From positions 21,334 to 85,333 of the forward strand of contig CAYQOV010000003.1 of assembly GCA_964419245.1 (NCBI GenBank): a stretch of 64,000 nucleotides of DNA, given 5' to 3'. Numbering within the stretch: the first letter of the stretch is position 1; every line of letters begins with the position of its first letter. The notes under the pieces are model-generated. The model was not told the origin of the DNA. It made no database searches and saw only the letters and a program-made list of their open reading frames with translations. This document shows, one piece after another, positions 59,754 to 64,000 of this stretch. A program made the translations under genes and the position numbers. Origin of the DNA: an uncultured Bacteroides sp. (GTDB lineage Bacteria; Bacteroidota; Bacteroidia; Bacteroidales; Bacteroidaceae).

Positions 59754-59852
59754 CAAAAGTAAGAACGACCTGTCTCATTCCCTGTTACAAGTCGAAAAAT
59801 ACAGTTTTCCTAAACATGTCACAAAAAATGAGACTGCTACAATGAACATTTG
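59754..59852. promoter_or_regulatory. Divergent promoters, each with a candidate WYL box
   Basis: Minus: TGTAACA-N5-TGAGACA (59789-59771)-N9-TACTTTTG (59761-59754). Plus: TGTCACA-N5-TGAGACT (59817-59835)-N9-AACATTTG (59845-59852). Confidence 0.7.
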
Positions 59853-59880
59853 CTCCATAACTATTAACGAAATCGCAATT

Positions 59881-60414
59881 ATGACAAATCAAACAGTAAA
59901 ATCGGATTTTCTTCATCAAACAATCGAAGAAGAAGCTTGGAAAGAAGTATCAGAACATTTTCCATGGACAGAGACATTATTGGAAAAATTCCAAGATGAA
60001 GTAAATTGGAATCGCATTTCCTACAATAACAATATTGTATGGACAACATCCATGCTTGAAAAATTTAAAAGCCACATCAACTGGAATGTATTTTCATACT
60101 GTACCAACAAAACGGTTTTCACTCCCGAAAACCTTGAAATCTATAAAGACTATTGGGATTGGAACTGTCTTTCCGATTCTCAGGAAATAGAATTCAATTA
60201 TGAGATTATTGATAGGTTCATAAACAAATGGAATTGGAGTAAACTCATCAACAATTATCGTGCTAGCAAAGACATTCCATTTGACGAAAAGTTTTTGAAT
60301 CGTTACTGCAATCATATTCCTACATTTGCTTTATTAAACGGATCTCGCTTATGGAATTGTATAATTAAAGATAGGACCCAAAAACTTAGCTCTAAAATTA
60401 TCCAACAAACATAA
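59881..60414 (+). CDS. Tryptophan-repeat protein (about 25-aa repeats)
   Basis: WTETLLEKFQDEVNWNRIS / WTTSMLEKFKSHINWNVFS / FTPENLEIYKDYWDWNCLS / FNYEIIDRFINKWNWSKLI. ATG 59881 preferred because 59842 lies upstream of the -7 box. Confidence 0.85.
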   Translation: MTNQTVKSDFLHQTIEEEAWKEVSEHFPWTETLLEKFQDEVNWNRISYNNNIVWTTSMLEKFKSHINWNVFSYCTNKTVFTPENLEIYKDYWDWNCLSDSQEIEFNYEIIDRFINKWNWSKLINNYRASKDIPFDEKFLNRYCNHIPTFALLNGSRLWNCIIKDRTQKLSSKIIQQT

Positions 60415-60602
60415 ATACAATTGCAAAAAAGTTTTCTATAATAGTACAAAACAGACGGTATATCCCGTATATAAACAAAATAAATCGAATAAGAGCGATA
60501 AAATCTGAAAAAAAGTCGTCTCTTTGCAACCTGGCGGGATAGATGTTCCGTCTAACAGACAAAGAAAACAAAAAATAAGCAACGAATAAAAGACTGACGA
60601 AT

Positions 60603-61367
60603 ATGAAACGTATCCTTATCTTACTTGGCCTGATGGCCGCCACCAGCCTGGGAATGCAGGCAGAAAACAGAACCGTGACCGACACCGTAGACGGCAAGAA
60701 ACGCGTCATCGAACTGCAAGACACCGTGATAAACGGGCAACAGACTACCGACACCCTGAGCATCACTACCTACGAAGGCACCGACTCCTGCGAAGCCGAC
60801 AGTGACGGCACCTACCGCCACCGCCACGACAGTAGCGGGCTGCAATGGGTGGGCTTCAACTTCAGCGAAGACGCACCGGAAACAATTGTTGCCCTGACAG
60901 CCATCATCTTCGTATTCGGCTTACCCGCACTGCTCCTCTTCATCATCTTCTATTTCCGCTACAAAAACCGCAAGGCCAAGTATCGCCTGGCCGAACAGGC
61001 ACTGGCTGCCGGACAGCAGCTTCCACCCGAATTCTTCAAAGAAACCAAGGAAGGAGAAAGCAAAGACCTGCGCAGCCGGGGCATCAAGAATATCTTCCTG
61101 GGCATCGGGCTTTTCATCTTTCTCTGGGCTCTTACAGGTGAATTCAGCCTGGGATGCATCGGGCTGCTCATCATGTTCACGGGTTTCGGACAGGTAACCA
61201 TCTACTATACCCAGCCGGGACAAGGCGACGGCAAGCCCTTCATCCGCATGGAACGCGATGAAAAGACCGGCTACCGCTACATGAAAGTGGGCGGCATCGA
61301 ACTCCGCGACCAGACTGAAAAGAAAGACACTCCCGACGCCGAAGACACAAACAAACCGAAAGAATGA
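60603..61367 (+). CDS. Membrane protein (DUF6249-like) upstream of an ECF sigma
   Basis: Signal peptide, three TM segments, YKNRKAKYRLAEQALAAGQ motif. Confidence 0.8.
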   Translation: MKRILILLGLMAATSLGMQAENRTVTDTVDGKKRVIELQDTVINGQQTTDTLSITTYEGTDSCEADSDGTYRHRHDSSGLQWVGFNFSEDAPETIVALTAIIFVFGLPALLLFIIFYFRYKNRKAKYRLAEQALAAGQQLPPEFFKETKEGESKDLRSRGIKNIFLGIGLFIFLWALTGEFSLGCIGLLIMFTGFGQVTIYYTQPGQGDGKPFIRMERDEKTGYRYMKVGGIELRDQTEKKDTPDAEDTNKPKE

Positions 61368-61909
61368 GCCAACTCAACGACATATCGCTGATTGCACAAG
61401 TTGTGATGTTCCACAACAACCGCGCCTTCGACCAGCTGGTCAGGAAATACCAGTCGCCCGTGAGGCGCTTCTTCCTGAACCTGACCTGCGGCGACAGCGA
61501 ACTGAGCGACGACCTGGCGCAGGACACCTTTATCCGTACCTACACCAGCCTGGCTTCCTTCAAGAACCTGTCCAGCTTCTCCACCTGGCTCTACCGCATT
61601 GCGTACAACCAATATTATGACTATCTTCGCAGCCGGAAGGAGACAGACGATCTGGACACGACGCGGGTAGACGCCCAATGCAGCGTGCGCCAGCCAGACA
61701 CGGGCCTGCAGTCGGACCTGCACCGCGCACTGGCCACGCTGAGAGACATCGAGCGAACCTGCATCACCCTCTTCTACCTGGAGGACCAGAGCATAGACAA
61801 GATAGCGAGCATTACCGGATGCCCTACGGGAACCGTAAAAAGCCACCTTTCGAGGGCCAAGGAAAAGATGGCGACATACTTAAAACAGAATGGATATGAC
61901 GGAAAATGA
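61364..61909 (+). CDS. ECF sigma-70 factor
   Basis: AFDQLV, SDDLAQDTF, FSTWLYRIAYN and GTVKSHLSRAK motifs; 4-bp overlap with the upstream gene. Confidence 0.95.
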   Translation: MSQLNDISLIAQVVMFHNNRAFDQLVRKYQSPVRRFFLNLTCGDSELSDDLAQDTFIRTYTSLASFKNLSSFSTWLYRIAYNQYYDYLRSRKETDDLDTTRVDAQCSVRQPDTGLQSDLHRALATLRDIERTCITLFYLEDQSIDKIASITGCPTGTVKSHLSRAKEKMATYLKQNGYDGK

Positions 61910-62222
61910 TGACAAGTTACTGGAAGGCTTCTTCGCCGAAGAACGGCAGGAAGTGGCCGACAACGGCTTCACACGCCGCGTGATGCGCAGCCTGCCCCGC
62001 CGGAACAACCGCCTGGCACGCCTGTGGACGGCCGGAAGCTTCACGCTGGCCGCAGTGCTGTTCGTCCTGCTGGACGGAGTACAGCTGGTGTGGAACACGC
62101 TGCGCGAGACATTCACCTCCACCCTGGAAAGCGGCATGGCACAGACAGACCCCAAATCGCTGGCACTGGCCGTCGTGGTACTGCTGTTCCTCATGTATAA
62201 AAAAATAGCCTCATTGGCCTGA
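61896..62222 (+). CDS. DUF5056-like membrane protein, probable anti-sigma factor
   Basis: EVADNGFTRRVM motif and two TM helices; overlaps the sigma stop codon. Confidence 0.8.
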   Translation: MTENDDKLLEGFFAEERQEVADNGFTRRVMRSLPRRNNRLARLWTAGSFTLAAVLFVLLDGVQLVWNTLRETFTSTLESGMAQTDPKSLALAVVVLLFLMYKKIASLA

Positions 62223-62296
62223 ATAAACGTTTTTTTACGCCACAAGAACAATATTGTCAGCGAGATGTTATATCTTTGTCCCCGCAAAAAACTAAG

Positions 62297-63547
62297 ATGA
62301 CAAAGAAAGTTTTTATATATCATTTATTACTGACAACAGTATTTTTCTTATTCACGGAATTCGCTTCCGCCCAGACTAACAACAGTGACAGCACCGTCAT
62401 GCAGCGACTGAAGGACATGGGTGCTTCGCTGACCTGTAACAACCGGATAGAACTGCTGATGAGCGGTGAAGACAAGTTCACCGACCTGTTCGAAGCCATC
62501 CGCGGCGCACGCCACCACATCCACCTGGAGTACTTCAATTTCCGCAACGACTCCATCGCCGGTGTCCTCTTCCGTCTGCTGGCCCAAAAGGTAAAGGAAG
62601 GTGTGGAGGTACGTGCGCTGTTCGACGCCTTCGGCAATCTGTCGAACAACAAGCCCCTGAGAAAAAAACATCTGAAAGCCATCCGCGAGCAGGGCATCGA
62701 AATCGTGAAATTCGATCCCTTCACCTTCCCATGGTTCAACCACGCCGCCCACCGCGACCACCGCAAGATTGTAGTCATCGACGGCAAGACAGGCTATACG
62801 GGCGGCATGAACGTGGCCGACTACTACATCAAGGGCCTGCCCAAGATAGGCGAATGGCACGACATCCACGCCCGCATCGAAGGCGACGCCGTGCGCTACC
62901 TGCAAGGCATCTTCCTGACCATGTGGAACCGCGAGACAGGACAGCACATCGGCGGACCGGAATACTTCCCCGACACCCCCCAGCTGCCGGACAGCATCGC
63001 CGAGGAAATCATGATTGTAGACCGCACGCCCCGCGAGACGCCGCGCTCCATCAGCCGTGCCTATGCTACCTCCATCCGCGAAGCCGACAGCCTGATACGC
63101 ATCGTGAACCCTTACTTCGTACCGACCAAGTCCATCCGCGAAGCCATCAAGTATGCGTTGAAGAAAGGTACGGAGGTGGAAATCATGGTGCCACGGGTAT
63201 CCGACGTCCCCTTTACGCCCGAAGCGGCCTTCTACATCCTGCACAAGCTGATGAAGAAAGGTGCCAAGGTGTATCTGTTCAACGGCGGCTTCCACCATTC
63301 CAAGGTGATGATGGTGGACGGAAGCTTCTGTACCGTGGGTACGGCCAACCTGAACAGCCGCAGCCTGCGCTACGACTACGAGACCAATGCCTTCATCTTC
63401 GACCCCGAAACGACAGCCGAGCTGACGGAGATGTTCGAACGCGACAAGCAACGCAGCATCTTGCTGACACCCGAAGTATGGAAGGAACGCTCGGCATGGA
63501 AGAAGTTTGTAGGGTGGTTCGGCAATCTGCTAACCCCGTTCCTCTGA
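62297..63547 (+). CDS. cls: Cardiolipin synthase (phospholipase D family)
   Basis: Two HKD motifs: RDHRKIVVIDG...GGMN and HHSKVMMVDG...GTANL. Confidence 0.92.
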   Translation: MTKKVFIYHLLLTTVFFLFTEFASAQTNNSDSTVMQRLKDMGASLTCNNRIELLMSGEDKFTDLFEAIRGARHHIHLEYFNFRNDSIAGVLFRLLAQKVKEGVEVRALFDAFGNLSNNKPLRKKHLKAIREQGIEIVKFDPFTFPWFNHAAHRDHRKIVVIDGKTGYTGGMNVADYYIKGLPKIGEWHDIHARIEGDAVRYLQGIFLTMWNRETGQHIGGPEYFPDTPQLPDSIAEEIMIVDRTPRETPRSISRAYATSIREADSLIRIVNPYFVPTKSIREAIKYALKKGTEVEIMVPRVSDVPFTPEAAFYILHKLMKKGAKVYLFNGGFHHSKVMMVDGSFCTVGTANLNSRSLRYDYETNAFIFDPETTAELTEMFERDKQRSILLTPEVWKERSAWKKFVGWFGNLLTPFL

Positions 63548-63621
63548 AAATTCCCTACGACCGTTTGTTTCTTTCTTTGCCTAAAAAGGTTACCTTTGCA
63601 TCCAAATAAAGAAATTACGTC

Positions 63622-64000
63622 ATGAAACAATACTTAGACTTGCTCAACCGCATCCTGACCGAAGGCGTCGAGAAGAGCGACCGAACCGGCACAGGCACCA
63701 TCAGCGTGTTCGGCCACCAGATGCGCTTCAACCTGGACGACGGTTTCCCCTGCCTCACTACCAAAAAGCTGCACCTGAAGTCCATCATCTACGAACTGCT
63801 CTGGTTCCTCAAAGGCGACACCAACGTGAAGTACCTGCAGGAACACGGTGTGCGCATCTGGAACGAATGGGCCGACGCGGACGGTGACTTGGGACACATC
63901 TACGGCTATCAGTGGCGTTCGTGGCCCGACTACAAAGGAGGCTTCATCGACCAGATCAGCGAAGCGGTGGAAACCATCAAGCACAATCCCGACTCACGCC
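63622..64000 (+). CDS. thyA: Thymidylate synthase, 5' part (runs off the window)
   Basis: Not in the ORF track; hand translation gives [36 protein letters not shown]...TTKKLH...[11 protein letters not shown]...IWNEWA...YGYQWR. Confidence 0.97.
   Translation, partial: MKQYLDLLNRILTEGVEKSDRTGTGTISVFGHQMRFNLDDGFPCLTTKKLHLKSIIYELLWFLKGDTNVKYLQEHGVRIWNEWADADGDLGHIYGYQWRSWPDYKGGFIDQISEAVETIKHNPDSR

Noticed and set aside
58587-64000. Functional link between the UDG-like gene and thyA (uracil metabolism)
   Set aside because: They are separated by four GC-rich core genes and differ in composition; the proximity is probably coincidental.

Overview
64 kb of a Bacteroidaceae (Bacteroides/Phocaeicola-like) chromosome. 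GC-rich core genes alternate with visibly AT-rich accessory blocks; GC was judged by eye, not computed. From left to right: a truncated secreted glycoside hydrolase; an L-galactose-type oxidative operon (AKR, lactonase, Zn-dehydrogenase) with a divergent LacI; an AT-rich GH2/GH106/hybrid two-component block; an ECF sigma/FecR/TonB-receptor/lipoprotein locus; cca; an AT-rich SusC/SusD/lipoprotein cassette; a fucose operon lacking fucA and fucK; an ABC-F ATPase with a homopolymer frameshift; a heavy-metal RND pump; an RsmF-like methyltransferase; a type V pilus operon behind an invertible promoter (OFF orientation) with its tyrosine recombinase; a second TonB receptor; a WYL-regulator island; an ECF sigma trio; cls; and the 5' part of thyA. 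The two most promising signals: (1) a four-gene WYL island (WYL, divergent UDG-fold protein, small protein, Trp-repeat protein) whose three predicted promoters each carry a 19-bp palindrome exactly 9 nt upstream of the -7 box; (2) two His-rich leader ORFs ending in the ribosome-arrest motif RAPP, each upstream of a predicted metal transporter and each able to base-pair with or near the downstream translation start. DUF and family names are recalled from memory, not from a search. No rRNA, tRNA, CRISPR array or transposase was seen.
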